A stretch of DNA of 64,000 nt from Octopus sinensis (taxonomy: Eukaryota), in the NCBI RefSeq assembly GCF_006345805.1, contig NC_043007.1, positions 31,992,001-32,056,000 of the forward strand, given 5' to 3'. Below, one piece after another: positions 54,240-64,000 of the stretch; the stretch's first letter is position 1; the number at the start of each line of letters is the position of its first letter. A model generated the notes under the pieces. The model was not told where the DNA came from. It saw only the letters and a list, made by a program, of their open reading frames with translations, and did not search any database. A program made the translations under genes and the position numbers.

Positions 54240-55388
54240 ATGTATGTATGTATCCTCCCACACAAAAACAATAGTAGCTACAAAGAAACAAATACATTTT
54301 CAATAAATTAGTATATTTCTAAGCAACAGTATTTGTGGATCTTGTGTTTCATAACACAACAACACAATAAATAAACCAGACACGCACAACTGTAATTCTG
54401 CCGGAACTCCAGAGAACCGAATTGTTGTGGATTTCCGAAATAGAAGCGGAGATCACTTGGAACAATTTGTACAAAAGTACTTCGTCATTTCAATGTAAAC
54501 AAATGAATGTTTGTGACGAGTGGCACCAGTAGAAAACGAGGAAAGTGCTTAGAATAAATTTAGAAAGAAATTCGAAGTCTGCGACAAGATTTACCGATTT
54601 TATCCCTCTTTGGAAGAATCCTTCAAGATGGATGATGGAAGGAGGCGGCTTGGAGAGAGTTAATAGTTGTGTTGGAAAGAAGGATCAATACTCGCAGACA
54701 AATGGGGAAAAAGGACTAGAATAAATAATATAGATCTTTTTTTTTTTACCATATTCTTCTGTAGATATATTTATGAGGAAACCCAGGTTACAAAAAACGG
54801 AAAACAATTACATAAAGATCTTTGCGCATAGAATATATAATGACATCCAGGATTTTTTTTATAATTAGGAAATTATTTTCCAGATAATTATAAACTGGGA
54901 AAAGAAATATTTCAATATTTCTTGATATTAAATTAAGTGGATTTTATTCTGAACACCTGCCGGTCTAGTTTGATTGTTTTTTTTTTTTCTTCTTTTGGCC
55001 AATAAATACTGGTTTTTATTATTATTCGTTTTCTTTTCTGTATATACTTGTCTATATTTGACAAGACATATACAGAAGTAATTTATTTCAATGTTTAAAT
55101 ATTTAATGAGAATTAAGAAATTACAGAAGTAGTCCGCTTCTATATTAAAGGGGAATACTGAATAACAAATATACACATTATATATATATATGTGTGTATG
55201 TATATATATATTTATATATATGTGTGCGTGTGTATATATATATTTATATATGTGTATATATATATACATATTTATATATGTGTATATATATGTGTGTGTG
55301 TATATATATATATATTTATATGTGTATATATATGTGTGTGTATATATATATTTATATGTGTATATATATATATGTGTATATATATATT

Positions 55389-55419
<31 letters not shown>

Positions 55420-56649
55420 TATATATATTTATATGTGTATATATATTTATATATATATATATATGTGTGTGTATGTATATATATATATATATATATATTT
55501 ATATGTATGTATGTATCCTCCCACACAAAAACAATAGTAGCTACAAAGAAACAAATACATTTTCAATAAATTAGTATATTTCTAAGCAACAGTATTTGTG
55601 GATCTTGTGTTTCATAACACAACAACACAATAAATAAACCAGACACGCACAACTGTAATTCTGCCGGAACTCCAGAGAACCGAATTGTTGTGGATTTCCG
55701 AAATAGAAGCGGAGATCACTTGGAACAATTTGTACAAAAGTACTTCGTCATTTCAATGTAAACAAATGAATGTTTGTGACGAGTGGCACCAGTAGAAAAC
55801 GAGGAAAGTGCTTAGAATAAATTTAGAAAGAAATTCGAAGTCTGCGACAAGATTTACCGATTTTATCCCTCTTTGGAAGAATCCTTCAAGATGGATGATG
55901 GAAGGAGGCGGCTTGGAGAGAGTTAATAGTTGTGTTGGAAAGAAGGATCAATACTCGCAGACAAATGGGGAAAAAGGACTAGAATAAATAATATAGATCT
56001 TTTTTTTTTTACCATATTCTTCTGTAGATATATTTATGAGGAAACCCAGGTTACAAAAAACGGAAAACAATTACATAAAGATCTTTGCGCATAGAATATA
56101 TAATGACATCCAGGATTTTTTTTATAATTAGGAAATTATTTTCCAGATAATTATAAACTGGGAAAAGAAATATTTCAATATTTCTTGATATTAAATTAAG
56201 TGGATTTTATTCTGAACACCTGCCGGTCTAGTTTGATTGTTTTTTTTTTTTCTTCTTTTGGCCAATAAATACTGGTTTTTATTATTATTCGTTTTCTTTT
56301 CTGTATATACTTGTCTATATTTGACAAGACATATACAGAAGTAATTTATTTCAATGTTTAAATATTTAATGAGAATTAAGAAATTACAGAAGTAGTCCGC
56401 TTCTATATTAAAGGGGAATACTGAATAACAAATATACACATTATATATATATATGTGTGTATGTATATATATATTTATATATATGTGTGCGTGTGTATAT
56501 ATATATTTATATATGTGTATATATATATATATTTATATATGTGTATATATATGTGTGTGTGTATATATATATATATTTATATGTGTATATATATGTGTGT
56601 GTATATATATATTTATATGTGTATATATATATATGTGTATATATATATT

Positions 56650-56690
<41 letters not shown>

Positions 56691-56880
56691 TTATATGTGT
56701 ATATATATTTATATATATATATATATGTGTGTGTATGTATATATATATATATGTGTGTGTGTATATATTTATATGTGTGTGTGTATATATATGTGTGTGT
56801 ATATATATATATGTGTGTGTGTATATATATATTTATGTGTATATATATATATTTATGTGTATATATATATAATATATATA
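54240..56880. repeat. Tandem duplication, period 1263 bp, bounded by TA/TG microsatellite
   Basis: tatcctcccacacaaaaac occurs at 54251 and 55514; unique segments ~54240-55180 and ~55503-56443 appear identical. Confidence 0.95.
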
Positions 56881-57683
56881 TGTATATTGAATTTCTTGTA
56901 ATGAATTATAAAATAATTAGGGTATTTAATATCAAGGGATACACATCAACTGCTTAGTTTAAATAAATAAGGAACTGACATTGACAAAAAAGAAATTTCC
57001 ACACAATGACTGGGTAGTAATTTTTGTTCACCACCATGATATTAGGGTTAGTAATAATGAGTCGATGTGGCAGAATTAGGTTTATTTAACCCCTGAGAAC
57101 GACGAATAGGAAGGGAAAATGAAAAATCGATGGAGACGTGCACTTAATAACTAGGGAAGGCCCGGCGCCAAGGTGGAGGAAGGAAGGAGCCGCCGAGGGG
57201 AAAAGAAGTTGATAGCAGAAATTGGGGGCGGTGAGGTTACTATAATGAAAGGAATAACAATCTGCCCTTTAAAAAAATATCTGAGGCGCAGATTTTTCAC
57301 ATAGTTTGATGTGAGAATCTGCGCTATTATAAAATGATACAACATAGCAACGGAATAAATGGTTTTTAGGCGATCTCGAACGGTAAATGACATATAATGA
57401 GGGATCAGTGTGATAGAGTGTGTTCGTTGCAAAGTGCTCCCTCATTTCCTCAATGGGCTCCCAATTAATTATTGTCATTAAAACAAACAAAATAATTAAA
57501 ATACTGATCTGTTCCTTTCTTTTAATAACAAAAAAAGGCCTGAAATATTTTATTGCAAAGATCATTAATAATAATAATAATAATAAGTGAGAGAGTAAAA
57601 ACGTAGCTGAGGTTTCTATTTTTTTTTTTGTTGAGAAAATATAATAAATAGAAATATTCTATAATACCGACGGAAAATACTTG

Positions 57684-57838
57684 GTGTGTGTGTGTGTTTG
57701 TGCGCGTGTGTGCGTGTGTGTGGGTGTGTTTCTGTGTGTATTTGTGTGCGTGTGTTTGTGTGTGCGTGTGTGTGTGTGTGTGTGTATTTGTGTGCGTGTG
57801 TGTGTGTATATTTGTGTGTGGGTGTGTGTGTGTGTGCT

Positions 57839-57871
<33 letters not shown>
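57684..57871. repeat. Imperfect (GT)n microsatellite just inside the candidate first intron
   Basis: Directly visible. Confidence 0.95.
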
Positions 57872-57873
<2 letters not shown>

Positions 57874-57973
57874 GGTATATTACTTCAAAGGCGAAAGCTA
57901 TGAAGAAACAAAACAAGAAATAACAACAGAAAACATTGTAGATCTATAAAATATTATTATTGGTATTACTTAC

Positions 57974-58565
57974 CAAGTTTAGATTGCGGTATTCCTGGCC
58001 GTGGTTCAGTAACAGTTCCACCACGAGATGGTAAAAAAAAAGGACTTTGTTGTATATAGAAAAAAAAGACAGTCTGATGTGAAAATTAAGGTGGGGATGT
58101 AGCAACGAGCACTGCTCGGATTTCGATTTGGTCTCTAATATAAAGTAGCAGGTTAATTCCAGTTCATAATATTCGAGCTGAGAGATTAGGTGAGTATTTC
58201 GGCAATTTCAGGCTTTAATAATTACATTGACAGCGGTTCATTTCCTCTTTCAATCTGCGAGGAAGGAGAGTTGTAGGGGTCATGAAGCTGTCAGACAGTC
58301 GCAGGGGTTTATCAACAGCCAGCCACAGACCAACGCACGAAATCGGCAAAAACATCTTCTCTGAGGCATTCGTAAACCAGAGACAGGTCCGTGCAACAGC
58401 CACAGACGTTCCCATCACCGTCAGCCATTTTTCTGTTTACTTGTAGTTTCTTCTTTCCCTTTTTGGCCAAACTCTCTCCCTGCCGTTAAGATGTTGCTTT
58501 TTTCTATTTTACTTTTGCTTTTAGCTAGAGTTCCCCCTCAACTCTAATCACAACTATCACCCACT
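57974..58565 (-). other. Candidate first (leader) exon of BTBD7
   Basis: Repeat-free, CpG-retaining island ending in a consensus donor ttg|GTAAGT (57974/57973) on the BTBD7 strand. An Inr-like TCAGT lies at ~58565 and a YY1-like AAAATGGC at ~58430. Splicing to the 7645 acceptor is inferred, not shown. Confidence 0.5.
58312..58428 (-). CDS. Candidate 38-aa small ORF/uORF MADGDGNVCGCCTDLSLVYECLREDVFADFVRWSVAGC
   Basis: Translated by hand (below the ORF-track length cutoff). Strong Kozak context aaaATGG, complex composition, tandem TGA TAA stops, located within the candidate leader exon. Confidence 0.4.
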   Translation of the reverse strand: MADGDGNVCGCCTDLSLVYECLREDVFADFVRWSVAGC

Positions 58566-58640
58566 GAGTCGGCAGTCAGCAGCAAATGAACAGATATAAA
58601 TATGTCAACTATTTGACATATAAATATGTCAACTATTTAC
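58560..58640 (-). promoter_or_regulatory. Candidate core promoter with a 21-bp direct repeat and TATA-like/TGACA motifs
   Basis: ATATAAATATGTCAACTATTT occurs at 58594-58614 and 58618-58638. TATTTATA (minus strand) lies ~30-37 bp upstream of the Inr-like TCAGT at 58565. Confidence 0.35.
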
Positions 58641-60136
58641 TCGTGAGTCCAAAATGATATTAAAAAAAAAGAAGGTTCGAATAAATGGTTTTATGTAGAT
58701 CTATAAGTAAATCTTTACGCTATTTATTAATTTACACGCAAAATAATATCCGTTATTATTCTTTATACATTAATCATAGCGACCGGAAAAGGAAAATATT
58801 CAGCCCGAGATTATCAATAAGAGCAGACATTAATAAAAACTTCTTTGCAATCAAGGTGAAACTTCGGTTCCTGTGAACAATGTCTGTTCTATTAAGAAAC
58901 AGTGTACGGCAGTCTTTATTAATGGCTCAGAAACATGCTGCTCCCAAAGCCAGTCTTATATCAGGACCTCCAAGAGTCAAAATTTCAAAAGTGGTAAGTT
59001 TTAATCCATCTCTGAACGCCCCGCTTTGCTTTCAAATTGCGACAGGTCATTGTTTGAAGGACACCGAACGGAATGGGGAGAATATTGGGGGGAAAAAAAA
59101 CCCAGATTATTAAATATTTCTTCGTTAACAATTGGGTAAAGCATTCTTTAATAATAGAATTAATCAATTTAGGACTTTTCTTTTCATCTTATTTCTTAAT
59201 CTACCCGTTTAATACCAGGGTCAACGCGGATGTTCCACACAGTGAATATATTCCAAAATTTTCATTCAAATTCAGTTTATTTTTACTAAAACTGTTGTTT
59301 AATGTTTTGGATCTTTATTTAAGCAATATTCTCTAATTCATCTTTGATCTTTTCATTATTTAACTTCGTATAATTTTACAGTTGAAAATCCTTTTGTTTC
59401 TAAGGTGAAAATATAAACCACTGCATCCACCTCGGCTCATTTTCACATCATTTCCTCATTCCTTGGGCTGTAATAATAATTTTTTCTTATCTATGGATGT
59501 TAATATGCAATTGAAAATTTTGATATCTAGATAATATGAATAAATAAAAATTAAGAAATTCTGAAACGGGACACTGGTTCGTTAATGTGAAAGGGCGATC
59601 GCCTTGTAAAAAAAGGGAAGTTGCTAAACCTATTTGATGTGTCCGTTTGTAGTTTGTTTTTAAAAATAAACTAATTATAATAATATCACAAATAGTCTTT
59701 CAGTTGAATAAACGGTGGGTATTTTCTGAATGTTGATTTTGGTCCTAATCCTTTCCAAAGCAAGGTTTTATTTGAAGGGCATCAGTCAGTTTATAGTGTT
59801 GCTGTTATCCAAGGCTCCGACGCTTTTCTTTCAAATGTGTCGCAGAATCGACATCAATCGCCAATCGAGGCACTTTTTTCGTTAGAGAAGCGCTCGAAGC
59901 TGTGTCTCATAAAAATAGTAACAGACACAAATGGTCGACACTGTTTTTTTTTTTATTCTTTATTTTTAGAGGAACTCAAACGATGTCCAAACACGACAAA
60001 CACGTGGAAGCATTTGAAGAATATATTTTAGCGTCGCCCTACACGTGACTTAGTGACAGAACCATTCTTTATTCATTTCCGGTTGTATTAATTCTTATTT
60101 TTTTAAATCATTCGGAAACCAAACGTAAAGTTCCAA

Positions 60137-60442
60137 GGTACTTCTAGCGAACAGTGGTCCCGGTACGCGCATCCGCGCTGGCTAGTCGTAAGTAGTCGAT
60201 CCTACAACGACTTGGCGCGTATCTTTGTATTTCAAGGCTGAATACATATCAAAGGAAATTAAATAATATTTTTCGAACAAAGTAAATAGAACGCAAAGTA
60301 AATCATTTTTTAAACTAATTAAATAAACTATTTTTTTATAAACAAACTAAGGTTAGGGTTAGGGTTAAAAAGTCGTTGTAGGATCGAGTACTTACGACTA
60401 GCTAGCGTGTGCGCACAGGGACCACTGTTCGCTAGTAGTACC
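60137..60442. mobile_element. Unclassified MITE with ~75-bp TIRs and internal TTAGGG repeats
   Basis: The left arm ggtacttctagcgaacagtggtccc...gtcgtaagtagtcgatcctacaacgactt is the inverse of the right arm aagtcgttgtaggatcgagtacttacgac...gggaccactgttcgctagtagtacc. ggttagggttagggtt lies at 60351-60366. Confidence 0.8.
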
Positions 60443-61433
60443 AACTTCCAATATTTAGAATAGGAATTACAGGACGCCAATGCACAATAGAATGAATATT
60501 CAATCTGTCAGTTAAATGCTAACGCTTTTTTTTAAAAAATAATAAAGCCATTTGCATTGTATATCATTGCCTCTCATTATTTACATTCGAGTTAGAGGTT
60601 TACTTTGTCTTTCATCCCGTCGAGGTCGACGAAATACTCACCAGTTGAGGACCGGCTCCCCCATGAAATTCCACGCCTTGTGCTTAATAAAGTAGAAAAG
60701 ATTATCTCTTTAAGATAAGCGTGTCATCAGTAAGTGCAGATCTTGCCCTCGTCTTAGGCCATGGCCATAATCTGCTGTCAGCTTGCTAGAAATAGTAGCC
60801 AGAGCCCATCAAATCTCGCTCTGTTTAGTCTTGAAATAAAGGAAAGACACATTGGACAACGATGTCTTTGATATATTTAGGGGTTAATATAAAGCGTTAC
60901 GCCTATCAGAAAAAAAAAAAAAAATGTGTGTAATAGGTGTAAAACAACTTGCTCTAAACGACTATGATCGTAGCTGAAATGCTTTTTCTGCCATGAATCA
61001 TTCAATCGGGATTAAACCTAAAGAGGGTAAACAAAAGGTGGCAGAAACGTGGACACTGAAGATGGATGTCTAGACTGCACCCCATACAAGTAAACTTCCG
61101 CATCTCAGGTCAGGATGTAGTATGATCCTCAACCAGGTGGGAGCATTTAATATTTGTAATGATATTGATTTGTATGGGGCGTGTCTAGTCATTTGATACC
61201 GAGTACATAAGCTGCAAAGATGAAACGCTACCCAAAACCCAGCGCGAACATCCTAGAATACATCCAAAGAAGTACAACCATTTAATTCTTTCTAATCTTT
61301 TACTGCGTTTGCCCTTCTCGAAAATCCCATTCTTGCCTATGTTTTCCCTGCAGAATTTTATGATTGAGCAACAGTCGTCTTCTCTAATCACTGAGAGCCT
61401 CCAGTGCTTGTGGACGACGCCCCTTATCATATA

Positions 61434-61830
61434 CTAGCAGTATCGCCCGGCGGCGTTGCTCGGGTTTGTTTCGCCCCTTTAGAATTGGAATTTTTGAAAA
61501 GTAAAAATTTTGCATTATGTAGCTTGTTATTCTCTTTTAGTGAACATTTTCCAGGTTGAAATACACCGAAAAATGGCGACACAGCAGTCAAAAAAATCAT
61601 TAAAAAATAGGGATTTTCATAGAAAAAAATCACCTTTTTGATGTAAATAATTTTTGGTGTTAACATGGTCCGATTTGAATTTTTCCTTCTACAGAAGGAA
61701 GAGCAAGCCTTCTTCTATCATACTCTCAATTTTGGTCAACTTGCGCCGCAGGGTCTCAGAGGAGATAGTGTTAGTTGAAGGCTACCAAACCTGCCACACA
61801 CAGACAACTTCAGCTTTATATAGAGAGAGA
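61434..61830 (-). mobile_element. Non-autonomous Helitron
   Basis: On the minus strand it starts A|TC(tctctctatataaagctg) and ends CTAG|T, with a GC-rich subterminal hairpin cccgagcaacgccgccggg and no TSD. These are canonical Helitron hallmarks. Confidence 0.8.
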
Positions 61831-63741
61831 TAATACAGAGTAACAATTGACTGTATTTGATGGCATCCAATACGCATTCCCTTCTCCTTCCCCAGAAAAA
61901 TGTCTCCAAAAATCACCCCGGATCCTCTATGCAAAGTTGGGTCTCTCGTGCTTTAATGCACTAAAATAATTTTTCCCCCGTACGTCTTGTATGCCATCAA
62001 ATATGATATTAGGAATTACTTCATGTGGGTTCATAAATGGAAGGTCCTTTGGTCAATTGACATTCAAATGTTTATATTCTTTCTTTTAATTTAAGGCGTA
62101 GGTTTGAGCAAACAGGTGACGCCATATATTTGAGGGGGTTTACTAGACCTTTTTTTTCTTTCTTTTTACTACAATTTGAGAAACTAAACTTTGGTCCATT
62201 CCTAAAACTTGTTCCTTGATGAATTATTTACACAACACAATTCTGAATTATCTTTTTAATTTGAAATTAAAAACTTGCATATTTGATTAGATTCTCTCGG
62301 ATTTTGAAGAAAAACATTGTTGTTAAGATCAACTGAACTACCTACTCGTTAAATTAGCGTAAATAGCTTAATGTTCTCGTGCCAAATCAGTGACACGGTT
62401 GGACTTCTGAATTCCAGGCTTCCACGCAGTTTTCTTCTCTTCGATTTCACTTAGTCGCTTTGAAGGATCTGTTATAAGACATTTGGTAAAAAAAAATGCT
62501 ATACTGAAGGGTTGAACTCAAAATCTCGTGATTATAAAACGAACTTCTTGATCATTTGGCCTTCTCCATTTAGTTCGATATAAATATATCGATTTTTTTT
62601 CCATTGTACATTCGAGACAAGATTTAGTTTTGTATTGACAATGAAAGCTGGTTGTCTCCCCTGGCACTGAATTTATTCTAAGAAAAAATTATTAAAACTT
62701 TTAAAATACATTTTTCTGAGATGTTCGTCCTTTCTCATCCTTTCGTTAGGCGCATGGATGCATTTTTTAATTTTTGGATCCTTAAAAAGCAAGTATTTTC
62801 GAGTTGCTTTAAGTAAATAAACAGCAATATCCATGGTGAAAATAAAGAGACTTGTTATGAATAATTTGATCACCTTCCAAGGTTTCACTTCTGCTGAGGG
62901 GCACCGATTTTTATTTTTAATGTTCTGAACATTAAATATAGGTTTACATATAAAACTGATAATCAGGAGAATGGCTTCATAGAATTATGTAAGCAACGGG
63001 CGTGGCTGTGTGGTTAGGAAATTGCTTCTCAGACACATGGTTTTCGGTTCAATCCCATTGCCTGGCACCTTGGTCAATTGTCTTCTACTATGGTCCTGGA
63101 CCAATCAAAAGCTTGTGAATGTGTTTTGTGTCTTCTGATCTTGATACTGAGTGATAGCTGTAAATGAGTTTCACGGTCATGCAAGCAATGTCACTCATTT
63201 CCAATATTCCACAAAAACATGTCTGGCCATAGGGAAATATTACCTTGCTTGGATACAGGTAAAGGATGGCAACAGTAAGTGCAATCCCATGGTCATTCAT
63301 GATTGAAGGGGGTCTTTACTATGATTTACTGATTACTTAGCATTTTTAAGGGGGTAAATGAAATCTAGTTGACTCGGTTTTTTACTTCTACAATTAGATG
63401 TATTACTTTTAGTGTTGTTTTAGAACAGTGAGTTTTAACCTGGATAACAGCATACCTACTGCCCTTCAGGTTGTGAGCTTACAAGAGGGATGGGCGAAAT
63501 TTTTCTGAAACTAGACACAATGTTTATACATTGACTACATTTTAAAAAAATCTTTGGTTGAAAATATAAACAGGACATTTTGTTATCAATGAGCTAAAAC
63601 ATGACTGATGGTGTATAATTTCATAACCTAAGTCCTCATTTTCTTTAGTATTTTCTATAACTTTATCATACGGAGCACTTGTCCATGCAAATGTCTAACA
63701 GGAGACCCATGCTGGATTGGATACTATAAGATAATTCTATT

Positions 63742-63950
63742 GAAACCGACCATATCCGGCCCAAATATTCTTGTTTTTTATGTTTTATGTTCAAACAGCC
63801 AGATGTGACCTATCACACCTGCTCTACAATGTCATTCTAAAAATAAGCAGTTATATCATCAAAATGCCAAAGCTACGAGACAGTGCATGATTAATTGAAA
63901 ATAATCAATTAGCATTACATTCAACAGTAATCTGAATGCTAAAGGTTTAA
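63742..63950. mobile_element. piggyBac-like MITE family 2 (left end truncated)
   Basis: aaaccgaccatatccggcccaaatattc...taatctgaatgctaaaggtttaa matches the other copies. Confidence 0.7.
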
Positions 63951-64000
63951 TCAAGATAATCTTCTGGGAATTCTTAACAGTTTGCATTGATTTAAGCAGT

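Noticed and set aside
53531-57949. Many long [12 protein letters not shown] ORFs (also at 31954-33986)
   Set aside because: Translations of TA/TG microsatellites, which lack stop codons.
58309-58320. Gly-Cys-UGA ending of the 38-aa ORF as a possible selenocysteine site
   Set aside because: UGA is followed immediately by UAA and I could not identify a SECIS; tandem stops are the simpler reading.
58215-58418. 67-aa ORF-track ORF overlapping the 38-aa ORF
   Set aside because: Its ATG is downstream of a stronger first ATG and it has no recognisable features; counted only as an additional uORF.
60348-60367. TTAGGG repeats as a telomere or fusion relic
   Set aside because: Only 2-3 units, enclosed within a TIR element.

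Overview
AT-rich, repeat-dense eukaryotic DNA. The tRNA-headed SINE families, (CAT)n-tailed RTE-type tails and long (TA)n/(TG)n microsatellites look like an octopus (coleoid cephalopod) genome; this assignment is inferred from pattern recognition, not a database search. The only clear host gene is BTBD7 on the minus strand. Its large first coding exon (7645-6485, ATG at 7613) encodes an MGANVS N-terminus and two BTB/POZ domains, and later exons probably lie left of the window. A candidate leader exon and promoter sit about 50 kb upstream (~58565-57974), so most of the window is probably BTBD7 intron. That intron holds SINEs, a full-length decayed mariner, deleted mariners and MITEs, piggyBac-like MITEs, a decayed MULE transposase, LINE fragments and a 1263-bp tandem duplication. 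A non-autonomous Helitron and a TTAGGG-containing MITE lie upstream of the promoter. The most interesting signals are a Cys-rich 38-aa ORF in strong Kozak context in the leader exon, a 5-codon uORF abutting the BTBD7 ATG, a minimal hammerhead-like motif, several long fold-back structures (possible ADAR substrates) and recurring SINE-in-SINE dimers. There are no prokaryotic features, CRISPR arrays or genuine tRNA/rRNA genes. Repeat boundaries are approximate unless TIRs or TSDs are quoted.
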